Shown here piece by piece: positions 1 to 12,644 of a stretch of 64,000 bases of DNA. The notes beneath the pieces were generated by a model that was not told where the DNA came from, did no database searches, and was given only the letters and a program-made list of their open reading frames with translations. The first letter of the stretch is position 1. The number at the start of each line of letters is the position of its first letter. The DNA comes from Eledone cirrhosa (taxonomy: Eukaryota): NCBI GenBank assembly GCA_964016885.1, contig OZ024761.1:3224001-3288000 (forward strand). Direction: 5' to 3'. A program made the position numbers and the translations under genes.

Positions 1-1140
1 AATCAAATCTATCTCCTATAGGATCTCAATGCTATCAGCAAATGAAGAGATATTTATAAACCACGCACAATATTATAATAAGGCTCTCTCTGAATCTGGT
101 TATAAACAATCAATTTATTACATACCTAAATGCCATAACACAGCAACTCACCATAATAAACTTAACACTAGAACTAGAAATACCTTAGAATATAGCCAGA
201 TTCGCCGGAATTTTAGCAGTAACAGCACCTATACAGGGAACTTTAATGGTGGCAGCGGCCTTCTCCCCACTCCAAGTAGCAAACTAAAAATCAACCCTAC
301 TCTCACTAACCGCAGAAGCAATTGCAACTGCCGTTACCCCAATGCATGCCCATTAAATGGACACTGCCTGACACCCAACATAGTCTATAGGTGCACGGTT
401 GAGACTGCTTCGAATACCAGCTCTTATATCGGGTCTACCGCAAACCCTTTTAAGGTACGGTCTAACGCGCACTCTTTTTCCTTCCGAGACCCTAGCAACA
501 GATGTCCGACATCGCTAGCTAGGCTCATTAAAAACCTTAAATTAAACAACGTTCAACACTCACTAAAATGGGATATCGTAGCTAGGGCCCAACCGTTCAA
601 TGGACGAAGAACATCTTGTGATCTCTGTGTTACGGAAGCATATTACACAACTCTATCAAGACCTCTACCGATTAACGATAGAACGGAGGTAACCATTAGC
701 TGTCAACATCGAAGGGCTAATTCCTTCGCCAATAGAGTTTTTGACCCAACTTAGTCATGTAGCCCCATTTCTACTTGTAGCTAATAAGTTAAATTTCTAT
801 GAACAACTCGATAATTATAAGTTACCTCCCCTACATTGTCTCTCAATTAAAAAATTTAAAAACTAGCACTTAACTATAAATACTCACAATCTCTAATCTC
901 TCGAGAAGTTACTTCTCCTGAAACCACCCTCTAATTAGTAAGGTAAATATGCCCTTTGGCAGCCATCTTGTTACCCATAGGCAAATCTCACACAATGCAG
1001 CCTCGACAGATGAAAACTGCTTGATTATGACTGACAGCTGATGCAACCAAGTAAAACATAGTAAAAACCAATATATGGAACATTATATTATGTAACATTA
1101 TTTTAATTTATATTCCTTTGAGTTCCGATGAGCCACTCTG
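1..1140 (+). mobile_element. Penelope-like element (Naiad-like), 3' part: RT thumb/linker, GIY-YIG endonuclease and 3' flank
   Basis: ORF 29..754 has CNCRYPNACPLNGHCL, IVYRC..YIGST, CDLC..E and SCQHR motifs; it runs off the window start. Confidence 0.85.
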
Positions 1141-1177
<37 letters not shown>

Positions 1178-1377
1178 GGGCGGTGAATTGGCAGTATTGA
1201 TAGAGGGTCAGATATGCTTTCCAGCGTAGTTACGTCCCTTTACGATCTGAGTTCAAATCCCGCCGAGGTTAACTTTGCCTTTCATCTTTACGGGGTCGAT
1301 AAAATAAAGTACCAGTAATGTACTGGGTAATTGCTGGCCTTGTGCCTAAAGTAGAAACAATTATTATTATTATTATT
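1178..1377 (+). mobile_element. tRNA-derived SINE with Meta-like core and (TTA)n tail
   Basis: A-box-like TGGCAGTATTG, B-box GAGTTCAAATCCC, core GCCTTTCATC..GGGGTCGATAAAATAAAGTACCAG; many copies in the window. Confidence 0.85.
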
Positions 1378-4163
1378 GTTCTTTGAGTCTCGGTCATTGA
1401 TGTTATTTAACTGGAAAGTTTGTTGAAATGAATATCAAGCCACTACCCGCAGCCTCAGATATTCGGGACGTATCGGAGGGTTCTTTCTGTTCCCAGCAAG
1501 CATGCCTTTTGAAGTGTTCCAAAAAGTTGGGCTGGACTAACCATCCTTGGAATCTCTTTGAGGTAGTACCTAGTGCTCCTATGACAATCGGGACGACCTT
1601 GATTTCATGGCAGTTCCAAATCCTTTTTACCTCCCACTTTAACTCCTGGTATCGGTTAATTTTCTCCCCCTCCTCTTCTTGCACTCTCGTGTCAAATGGG
1701 CAGGCTACATCTACAATCAGGCACGATCTTTTTTCCTTGTGAAAAAACCACCAGGTCAGGCCTATTGTGTTCTAATTTCTTGTCCGTCTGTATCCTAAAA
1801 TCCCACAGCACCTTCACCTGATCGTTTTCTATCACCGACTCTGGCTTATGCTCATACCACTTCTCAGAATGTGGTAAATTGTTTACTTTGCATAGGTGCC
1901 AGTGGTTCACCCTGCCCATCACATCATGTCTCCAGCCTTTATAGTGAGTCTGGGCTAGGTGTTTACACTCGGATGTAAGCCACAATGTGAGCCACAGTTT
2001 CCTCTCTCTCTCCACAGATCCTACACAGTGGGCTAGCCTCCTCCTTGTAAATATGGTGTTAAACCCACTTCGTTTTGAGGGCCTGCTCTTGCGCAGCCAT
2101 TAGCATTCCTTCTGTAGCTTTTTTAAGGTCTCCTCTTTTTAACCAGTTCTATGTCTGTGGATCTCTAAATTCAGTTTTCTCAAAGAAGGTACTATGAAGG
2201 GATTTTTCATGAAGGTTGCTCTTTCTCCTTGTTGTTATTTCCTCCTTGGACATCCCCTGGACTATTGTCTTCTCCTTCAGTACAATTCTGAGCATTGGCT
2301 CCTTACTATCAGTCACGTATTTATGTAGGTTGTTTTTCTCCATCTGAACACAGTCCTCTATGCTGATAAGACCTCTTCCACCTTCAGATCTCCTTAAGTA
2401 GAGTCTATCGACATCACTCTTCTTGTGGAACATGTAGATAGTCAATAGCTTCCTAGTCTTCCTATCCATTTCTTTTTGTTCAGCAACATTCCATTTCAGA
2501 ATTCCCGCACTGTACCTAATAATAGACACAGATCGGTAATTCACTGCACTTATGACATTCCTACTATTTAGATGTGATTTTAATAGGCTCCTTACTCTCC
2601 TTATGTACTCAGATCTTATCAATTCCTTCATTTTTTTTTGTTCTTGATGTCATCTGCCTCCAGAACACCTAAATATTTGTATCCTTCTTCAGTGTCAATT
2701 TCCTTTATCATCTCACCTGTTGGTACCTGGATACCGTTGCTTCTTCATCACTAGGACTCCACACTTACTAATACCAAATTCCATACATATATCATTGCTG
2801 AAAATACGAACAGTGTCAACAAGTACATCCAACTCCATCTCACTATTCCCAAAGAGTTTAAGATCGTCCATGAAGAGGAGGTGGTTGATGGTAAGCTCTC
2901 CTTTTCCCAACTTGTATCCTGCTCTCACTTTTCGCAATATAACAGTCAGGGTATCAGAGCAAGGACAAAGAGCGGAGGGAACAAACTATCTCCCTAGAAG
3001 ATACCTCTCTTGATCCTCACGCCTCCCAAGGATTCTCCACCTGATGTTAACTCTGTTTCCCAGGACTTCATACTTTTGCTCAACAACTGTCTGATGTTGT
3101 CTGCAACCTTGAAGATCTCTAGGCTTTTGGTTATCCAAGAATGAGGTACCATGTCGAATGCCTTTTTGTAGTCTATCCATCCCATGGCAAGACCAGTGTG
3201 TCTTCTCTTGCAATTCCTCATTACTATCTTATCAATGAGTAACTGGTATTTTGTACCACGGGACTTCTTTCGGCATCCTTTCTGTTCGTCCGGTAACAAG
3301 TTTTTGTGTGAAGGTGATGGTAGATGTCCTCAGACACAATGTTTGTTAACAGTTTGCACATTACCGACAGACATGTAATAGGTCTATAATTGGTAACATC
3401 ATTACCCTTGATTCGGTTTTTCATTACCAGAACTGTGATACCTTTTGTCAACCACTCTGGTACCTCACACGACATCAAGCAGTCATTGAACATGATTGTC
3501 AGTTTCGGGTTGAGGGATGTTATATTTTTGATCCACCTGGGCATGGTGATTTCCAGTTGGTTAGTTTTTTGGCCTGCCCTTTAAGAGTTTCAACTGTGAT
3601 ACTCAAATCAGTTTGTCGGTGTGCTTGTTCACTAATCTCCTTTTGAACTGTCTCAATTCCCACTTCCTGATTATTATGTTCAACATGCTGCTCCCATATT
3701 CCTCTCCAGAATGTCTTAGTCTGTTCCGCCTCAGGGATCAAGTCGTTGCCTCTTTCTTTCCCTTCAAGCTGTCCAAACAGCATCTTCTGGTTGTTGTCAA
3801 ACATGCGGTTCTGTCTATACTGACTGACTCTGTTTTCATACCGCCTAATTTTTTCACTCTTTGCTACAATGTGTTGCATCAGTTCCTCTATGATAATATT
3901 TAGCTTTTTCCTCCTAGTTTTGTACTTTATTTCCTGTCTATTTTTAGTGTCTATGTTTTGTAATGTTCCATTCAGTAGGGACTCAAGCTTTCCAATGTCA
4001 TTTCTCATTTCCCTGATTTGACCATTCAGTCGTTTCTTCCACCAAGGTTCTGATCTTTTTTGTTTGTTGTTTCCTCTCGTTTTTATGCCAAGTAATTTCC
4101 TCGCCGCATTTGCTGTTGCTTTGAGGATATTGTTGCACTGGTGAAGGTTCCTCGCCTCAAGGT
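1378..4163 (-). mobile_element. R4/Dong-like RLE non-LTR retrotransposon, family A, 5'-truncated and frameshifted
   Basis: Fragments [37 protein letters not shown] and KYQEL..VPIVIGALG; closely similar to 8691-12300. Confidence 0.9.
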
Positions 4164-4175
4164 ATTATTATTATT

Positions 4176-5718
4176 ATTGTAATTTTTAATTTCTTTCATT
4201 ATTGTTTCTGAGATATATGCCGAGTGTCTTCCTGACATCTAGGGCAAATAAATTCACAGTGTGCATTGGTAAGCCAGTTAATACAGCACATTGATTATAA
4301 TTTTTAAAAAACACTATACATATATACACATGTGCATATGCATATGTAAATACAAGGAGGGATATCAATCTTACAGAGATAGGGCTCTTCTCAGTACGTG
4401 TGCAGTACCAGTCATAACAATTTTTGCATCTCTTGCAGAGAGGGTAAACCAGGAATCATTCGTAAATATTGTTCTGTTCCTTTCTTGATTATTCCCAGTC
4501 CTCCCACAATCACTGGTATTGTAACGGCTTTGAGGTGCAACATTTTCTCAATTCACGTAGCTTGTCAAATTCTTTTGCCGCGATATTGTGATCACATGAG
4601 ATGCTCATATCTATCAACAAACAGACCTTGTTATGTTGATCTTTTATAATGATGTCAGGTCTATTTGCTTTTATGGTCCTGTCAGTATGTACAGGAAAGT
4701 CCCAGAGAATTGTTACTTTTTCTCCTTCAGTTACAGCCTCAGGGTGATGATTGTACCACCTGTCTTCAGCTTTGATTTTGTAATGCCGACATATTACCCA
4801 GTGTAGATATTGGCCAACTCTGTCATGTCTATATTTGTATTCTACTGGTGCTAAAACTTTACATCCAGAGACTAAGTGATCCACTGTTTCAACCCCAGCA
4901 TTGCAGAATCGGCACTTTGGGTTTATTCCGTTTCTCATCACATTGGCCTGGTAATTACGAGTCAATAAGCTTTGATCTTGGGCAGCTAAGATGAAGCCTT
5001 CACTCTCCGCCTTTAGCCCTGAACTACGTAGCCAATGATGGGTGTGCTTTTGGTCAACATCAGCTTGTTTGCTACGGACCACATATTTGCCATGCAGAGG
5101 TTTCTGCTCCCAGTTTGATGCTAATTGTCCTTGCCCTTTTGCTTTTGCCAGTGATTTTATGTGCCTAGCAGCATCAGTTGCAACAGTGTTTTAGTCTGTC
5201 CAGCCTGGGTATCAAGCATGAGATCAGTAGCATATTTTTTGCTCTCCTTCAAGATAGAATGAAGCTTCTTACTTTTCTCATGCTTTTCAACAAGTTTCAG
5301 CATACAGTCGTTAGTTGTTTCAAGTTATTTGGCCAGTCCAACGATGGTGGTCTTGTAAGCAAGTTCAAATTGGATCAGGCCACGGTGTCCTTGAGTTCTA
5401 GGAAGGTAAAGACGATCCACATCTGCTTTTGGGTGGTGCATCCTATTACAGGTCAGTAGCTTACGGACTTTGGTGTCGATTCTTTTGATTTCACTCATAT
5501 TCCAGTTCAACACACCGAAGCTATAAGTGACAACTGGGACTGCCAAGGAATTTATAGCTAGCACCTTGTTACGAGCGTTTAGTTCTGATCTCAGAACTGC
5601 ACGTACTCTCCTGAAACATTCTTTCCTTATCCTCTCTTTCATACTTGCATGCTGTATGCCAGAGCCCTCATTAATCCCTAAGTATTTATAGGTTTATTCC
5701 TGCTCAAGTTCCTTTATG
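4176..5718 (-). mobile_element. R4/Dong-like RLE element, family B, 5'-truncated
   Basis: ORFs 5325..5642 and 4510..5082 with AAQDQ, CRFC..ETVDHLVSGC zinc knuckle, RHD and RPD endonuclease motif. Confidence 0.88.
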
Positions 5719-5799
5719 ATTGTTTCAGCAAGTACCAGTAACGTACTGGGATAATTACTGGCCTTGTGCCAAAAGTAGAAACAATTATTATAATTATTA

Positions 5800-8675
5800 T
5801 TACAGTTGCTTTATCTTGCTTTATGTTCATACGAGTTATCACCAACTCACAACCAGTGAGCTCAAGAGACAACAAGGTCCGCCATGTTCAAGAAAGAACA
5901 CACATACACACACATGCATCTTTAGGTGTTTAGACTTGTGATGTAATTATATTGACAGAATCTTCCTTAGTATATGGGCAGTTCCAATTAGTACTATCTT
6001 TTGTATTTCTCCTATACGTGGGTTTCCTGGGATTTGCGCTAAGTAATCATTAGACCCCTTAGATATCATTCCTAGAGCGCCTACAACCACTGGTATTGTT
6101 TTAGTTCTCAATTTCCACATTTTTCCAATTTCTATCTCCAGGTCCTTATACTTGCTCAATTTTTCAAATGTTTTTATAGATACATTCTTGTCTATTGGAA
6201 CAGACATATCAATTAGCAGGCATACCCTCTTTTTAAAGTCCTTCAGTATTATATCAGGTCTATTTGCATCTATTTTTCGGTCTGTGTGGATGCTAAAGTT
6301 CCACAAGATTGAGATGTGATCTTTTTCAAGTACGGGAGGTGGTTGATGCTCCCACCAATTCTTTTGATGGGGCAGGTCAAAATGCTTACACATTATCCAA
6401 TGTATGTATTGTGCAGCTCTGTCGTGCCTGTTTAGGTATTCGGTTGGAGCTATAGGACAGCACATTGAAATTATATGATCAATGATCTCTGGTTGTTTTT
6501 TACATACACGGCATAATGGATTGCTTCCATTTTTTATTATGTTGGCTTGGTAATTTTTTGTTGGCAGACACTGATCTTGTGCTGATATAATTAGTCCTTC
6601 AGTCTCCGATTTCAGTCCAGAGGATGCTAACCAAAGTTTTGTCAACATCAGGATTGTTAGCTCTTTCTGGATATTTTCCATACAGAAGCTTTTCTTGCCA
6701 TTTCTTAGCCAGTTTCTGTAGCATTTCTTTCTTTGCAAGTTACTTTTACCTGCCTTGCTTTTTCTGTGTGTTTTCATTTCAGCAGTAAATGGAACTTCTG
6801 AAATTTGTAGTTCATTACTGTATCTTTGTGCATCTTTTGTAATGGAGTATGATCTTTTGATGCTTTCGTGTTTCAAAACGAGTTTGATCATCCAATCATG
6901 TGATTCCCTTAGATATGTAGATAATCCAATTGTTGCAGTTTTCAACGCAATATCTAACTGGATTAACCCACGTCCTCCTTCTTTCCTAGGGAGATATATT
7001 CTATCTATATCTGCCTTAGGGTGATGCATTCTGTGCACGGTTAAGAATTTTCTAATTTTTGTATCGAGCCTACGGATCTCTGTGCTTGACCAGTTGATGA
7101 CATTGTAACTCTAGGTTACTACTGGTATGGCAAGCGTGTTTATGGCATCGATCCTATTCCTTGCATTCAATTCCGTTCTTAAGATTACTCTTACTCTGCG
7201 GTAACATTCCTTCCTTATCCTTTCCTTCATTGTCTAGTGCTTGATTCCGTCTTCTTTTCAAACACCTAGATATTTGTAAGTTTCCTCTTGATCAAGTTCT
7301 CTTATCACATTCCCCCGATCAAGATTAATGTCTGAACTGTTCAGCAGCTTTCCTCTGGTGAATGTTGCTTTGGCGCATTTATCTAGTCCAAACTCCATTT
7401 TAATGTCATCACTGAACCGCTTCACAGTGGACAATAGTCCTTGCAATTGTTCATCATTTCTTGCAAATAATTTCAGGTCATCAATGTAGAACAAGTGATT
7501 AATGGTTTTGTCATAGACTTTATATCCATGTTTTGTTTCATTGAACATTTTACTTAATGGTATAAGTGCGATGCAGAATAAAATCGGTGATAAAGAGTCA
7601 CCCTGAAAAATTCCACAATTAATATTAACTTCTCCAGCTTCCAGTGATTTTTTTTTCACTATTCAAAAGGAGTGTCGTTTTCCATGTCTTCATACTGAAT
7701 GACAAAAACCTCCTGACAACGGGAGATATTTTGAAAATCTCTATACATTTTTCAATCCAACTGTGTGGCAAACTATCGAATGCTTTTTTGTAATCTATCC
7801 AAGCAATTGATAGATTTTTGTGTCTATTATGACAGTCTTCCAGTATCATTTTGTTAACCAAAAGCTGATCTTTACAGCCATATGAGCCTCGTTTACACCC
7901 TTTCTGCTCATTGGGAAATAGATCATTTGTTATCAGGTGATCATATGTATATTCAGTTAGGACTTATGTTAAAATGTTATACATTGTGGTCAAGCAAGTT
8001 ATCGGTCTGTAATTTTGGGGATTGTTTGTCACATAATTCTTCGGAAGTAGGAATGTAATGCCGTTAACTAGCCATGATGGTATCTTTTCTGGATCCTTAA
8101 CTATTCCATTGTAAAGTTGGGCTAACAGCTCAAGAGACTCTGTGAAGGCATTTATCCAAAAATTTGGTATTTTGTCTTTTCCTGGGGATTTCCATTTGCT
8201 GGTTTTTCTAAGAGCCAAACGCAACTGTTCAGCTGTTATATTTTCCCGTGTTTGTTCCTCAAGGTGAGCTGTATCTTTCATTTGTCTCTCTATCCATGGG
8301 GCATATATATTATGAACTTTTTCTTCGGCCGATATCTTTTCCCAGAACTCTTGCACTTCCTCCTTGGTTGGTATTGATTTAGCAGTTATTGTTGACTTGT
8401 CAATTTTTCTGTAGAAGTTTCTTTGGTTGTTTTTGAACATATTATTGTCCTCATAGAACCTAGATCGTTTTTAAAAGCGTCTTATACGAGCAGCTTTGGC
8501 CGACACTTTTTGCTTGATTATTTCAATCAGCATGTCTATGTCACTTGTTGATTTTATACTATATTTTCTTTTCAATTATCTAAGTTTAGTTTGTTAAACA
8601 TGCTCACCTACTTTGTAGTTTGTTAAAATTTCTAAATCACATCGGAGAAGGTTTTATTTGGCGATTGATGTCCTT
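5800..8675 (-). mobile_element. R4/Dong-like RLE element, family C, 5'-truncated
   Basis: [64 protein letters not shown]. Confidence 0.9.
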
Positions 8676-8690
8676 ATAATTATTATTATT

Positions 8691-11600
8691 GTTCTTTGAG
8701 TCTCGGTCATTGATGTTATTTAACTGGAAAGTTTGTTGAAATGAATATCAAGCCACTACCTGCAGCCTCAGATATTCAGGACGTATCGGAGGGTACTGGC
8801 TGTTCCCAGCAAGCATGCCTTTTGAAGTGTTCCAAAAAGCGGGGCGGGACCAATTTTCTTTAACCATCCTCGGAAACTCTTTGAGGTAGTACCTAGTGCG
8901 CCTATGACAATCGGGACCACTTTGACCTCATGGCAGTTCCAAATCCTTTTTACCTCCCACTTTAACTCCTGGTATCGGTTAATTTTCTCCCTCTCCTTCT
9001 TTTGCACTCTCGTGTCGAATGGACAGGCCACATCCACAATCAGGCACGATCTTTTTTCTTTGTCCAAAACCACCAGGTCAGGTCTATTGTGTTTCAGTTT
9101 CTTGTCCGTCTGTATCCTAAAATCCCATAGCACCTTCACCTGATCATTTTCTATCACCGACTTTGGCTTATGCTCATACCACTTCTCAGAATGTGGTAAA
9201 TTGTTTACTTTGCATAGGTGCCAGTGGATCACCCTGCCCATAACATCATGTTTCCAGCCTTTATAGTGAGTCTGGGCTAGGTGTTTACACTCGGATGTAA
9301 GCCACAATGTGAGCCAGTCTCCTCTCTCTCTCCACAGATCCTACACAGTGGGCTAGCCTCCTCCTTATAAATATGGTGTTAAACCCACTTCGTTTTGAGG
9401 GCCTGCTCTTGCGCAGCCATTAGCATTCCTTCTGTAGCTTTTTTAAGGTCTCCTCTTTTTAACCAGTTCCATATCTGTGGATCTCTAAATTCAGTTTTCT
9501 CAAAGAAGGCACTATGAAGGGATTTTTCATGAAGGCTGCTCTTCCTCCTTGTTGTTTTTTCCTCCTTGGACATCCTCTGGTTTATTGTCTTCTCCTTCAG
9601 TACAATTTTGCGCATTGGCTCCATACTATCAGTCACGTATTTGTGCAGGTTGTTTTTCTCCGTCTGAACAGTCCTCTATGCTGATAAGACCTTTTCCATC
9701 TTCAGATCTCCTTAAGTATAGTCTATCGACATCACTTCTTTTGTGGAACATGTTGTAGATAGTCAATAGCTTCCTAGTCTTCCTATCCATTTCTCTTTGT
9801 TCAGCAACATTCCATCTCAGAATTCCCGCAGTGTACCTAATAATAGACACAGCTCGGGAATTTACTGCACTTATGGCATTCCTACTGTTCAGATGTGACT
9901 TTAGTACGCCCCTTACTCTCCGAATGTATTCAAATGTTATCAATTCCATCATTTTTTTGTTCTTGATGTCATCAGCCTCCAGAACACCTTAATATTTGTA
10001 TCCCTCTTCAGCATCAATTTCCTTTATAATCTCACCTGTTGGTACCTGGATTCCGTTGCTTCTGCTCAATTTACCCCTCTTCATCACAAGGACTCCACAC
10101 TTACTAATACCAAATTGCATACATATACCATTGCTGAAAATACGGATAGTGTCAACAAGTACATCCAACTCCCTCTCACTCTTCCCGAAGAGCTTAAGAT
10201 CGTCCATGAAGAGGAGGTGATTGATGGTAAGCTCTCCTTTTCCCAACTTGTATCCTGCTCTCACTTTTCGCAGTAGGTCAGGGAGATCATGGCAAGGACA
10301 AACAACAGAGGGGACAGACTATCTCCCTGGAAGATACCTCTCTTGATCCTCACGCCTCCCAAGGATTCTCCGCCCGATGTTATCTCTGTTTTCCAGGACT
10401 TCATACTTTTGCTCAACAACTGTCTGATGTTATCTGCCACCCTGTAGATCTCTAGGCTTTTGGTTATCCAAGAATGAGGTACCATGTCGAATGCCTTTTT
10501 GTAGTCTATCCATCCCATGGCAAGACCAGTGTGTCTCCTCTTGCAATTCCTCATTACCATCCTATCAATAAGTAACTGGTCCTTTGTACCACGGGACTTC
10601 TTTCGGCATCCTTTCTGTTCGTCCGGTAACAAGTTATTTATGTGGAGGTGATGGTAGATTTCCTCAGACACAATGCATGTTAACAGTTTCCACATTACGG
10701 ACAGACATGTGATAGGTCTATAGTTGGTAACATCATTACCCTTGGTTCGGTCTTTCACTACCAGAACTGTGGTACCTTTTGTCAACCACTCTGGTACCTC
10801 ACCTGACATCAAGTAGTCATTGAATATGGTTGTCAGTTTCGGGTGGAGAGATGTTATATTTTTAATCCAATACCCCTTCACACCATCTGGGCCTGGTGAT
10901 TTCCAGTTGGTTAGTTTTCTGGCCTGCCCCTTAAGAGTTTCAACTGTGATACTCAAATCAGTTTGTTGGTGTGCCTGTTCACTAATCTCCTTTTGTACTG
11001 TCTCAATCCACACTGCCTGATCATTATGTTCAACACCCTGCTCCCATATTCCTCTCCAGAATGTCTTAGTTTGTTCCGCCTCAGGTATCAAGTCGTTGCC
11101 TCTTTGTTTCCCTTCAAGCTGTCCAAACAGCATCTTCTGGTTGTTGTCAAACACGCGCTTCTGTCTATACTGACTGACTCTGCTCTCGTATCGCCTAATC
11201 TTTGCTACAATGCGTTGCTTCAGTTCCTCTATGATAATATTTAGCTTTTTCCTCCTAGTTTTGTACTTTATTTCCAGTCTATTTTTAGTGTCTATGTTTT
11301 GTAGTGTCCCATTCAGTAGGGACTCAAGCTTTCCAATGTCATTTCTCATTTCCCTGATTTGACCATTCAGTCGTTTCTTCCACCAAGGCTCTGATCTTTC
11401 TTGTTTGTTGTTTCCTCTCGCTTTTATGCCAAGTAATTTCCTCACCGCATTTGCTGTTGCTTTGAGGATATTGTTGCACTGGTGAAGGTTCCTCGCCTCA
11501 AGGTATGGGATGACTTTGTTTACCTTAGCTGTTGTTTCTTTTAACTTTTTCCTGTCTACAAATCTTAGGTTCATAGGTTTCCTACTATCATTGTTCATTT

Positions 11601-12300
11601 CATCTACCCCCTAAGTTTACGATATCAACCAAATCTTGTCCTAGCTCGTCAGCATTCATTTCCTCAATGGCCGTATCTTTGTTCCAGGTATTATTTATTT
11701 CAGCATTCAGATCATTGTCTGCTTCGGAAGCTTCCTCTGTTCTCTCAAACTCTTCACCTTCATTTCCCACTGGCTCGTTTGCCTGGCATACTCCACTCTC
11801 CATTTCCAATCTAATCTCTCTGCTGAGTTCCTCCAGTTCCAGCTTGCTTATCCACCGTTAGTTCTTATTACCCGAGCCTGTCCGGCCAATTTTTGTTCAT
11901 CTAATTTAAATAGACCCATCTCGTTCCAGATGCTATGCATCCGTTTTCTATAGCCTTTTTCCTTGGGGTTACTCTTCAGGTAACATTGCATAACAGTTCT
12001 ATTCAATTCTTTCGTCCAGTTGGTTCTGGTCCCTATCCTTCTTCTTCTTCCTCCAACACCAGCAGTATTGGGATGACAGCCAGGTCCCTGCTTCTGGGCC
12101 AGGGAGCACCTGCTGGGTGAGAGTCTGTCACATGACATTCCAGTCTCCACTTCACCGTTATTCGAACTGTTTAGGTTCGACATTTAAACACTCATATCAA
12201 GGATTGGTGAATATATGGTTACATAACCACCGGTGATTTCATCACCCCCGGTGATTTTAGCGTGGCACTATCACGCTGTAGACGAACATAAATAAATAAA
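8691..12300 (-). mobile_element. R4/Dong-like RLE element, family A, near full length and frameshifted
   Basis: ORFs from 12183 to 8768: N-terminal WTKELN..CY..GYRKRM..W region, RT (QGDSLSP, FMDD) and RLE; 3' UTR nearly identical to 1378-1450. Confidence 0.92.
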
Positions 12301-12428
12301 CAAATAAATAGGTAAAAACCTAAAAAAATAAGCATAAGTTTCATTGTAATGTAATGTTTGAATGTCTGACTTAGTTTTTTTGTTTGTTTGTTTGTTTGTT
12401 TTATTTGTATTATTATTATTGTTTGTTT

Positions 12429-12463
<35 letters not shown>

Positions 12464-12469
12464 TATTTG

Positions 12470-12644
12470 GACGCCTTGCTTTGACGCATAGAGTTACGGC
12501 CCTTGCCATTCTGAGTTCAAATCCCGCCGAGGTTAACTTTGCCTTTCATCCTTACGGGGTCGATAAAATAAAGTACCAATAATGTACTGGGTAATTGCTG
12601 GCCTTGTGCCAATAGTAGAAACAATTATTATTATTATTATTATT
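12470..12644 (+). mobile_element. tRNA-derived SINE copy, 5'-truncated
   Basis: Same B box, core and (TTA)n tail as 1178-1377. Confidence 0.85.

Noticed and set aside
1120-1142. HHR at the end of the first PLE (CCGATGAG)
   Set aside because: Core is mutated and truncated; no GAAA or stem III
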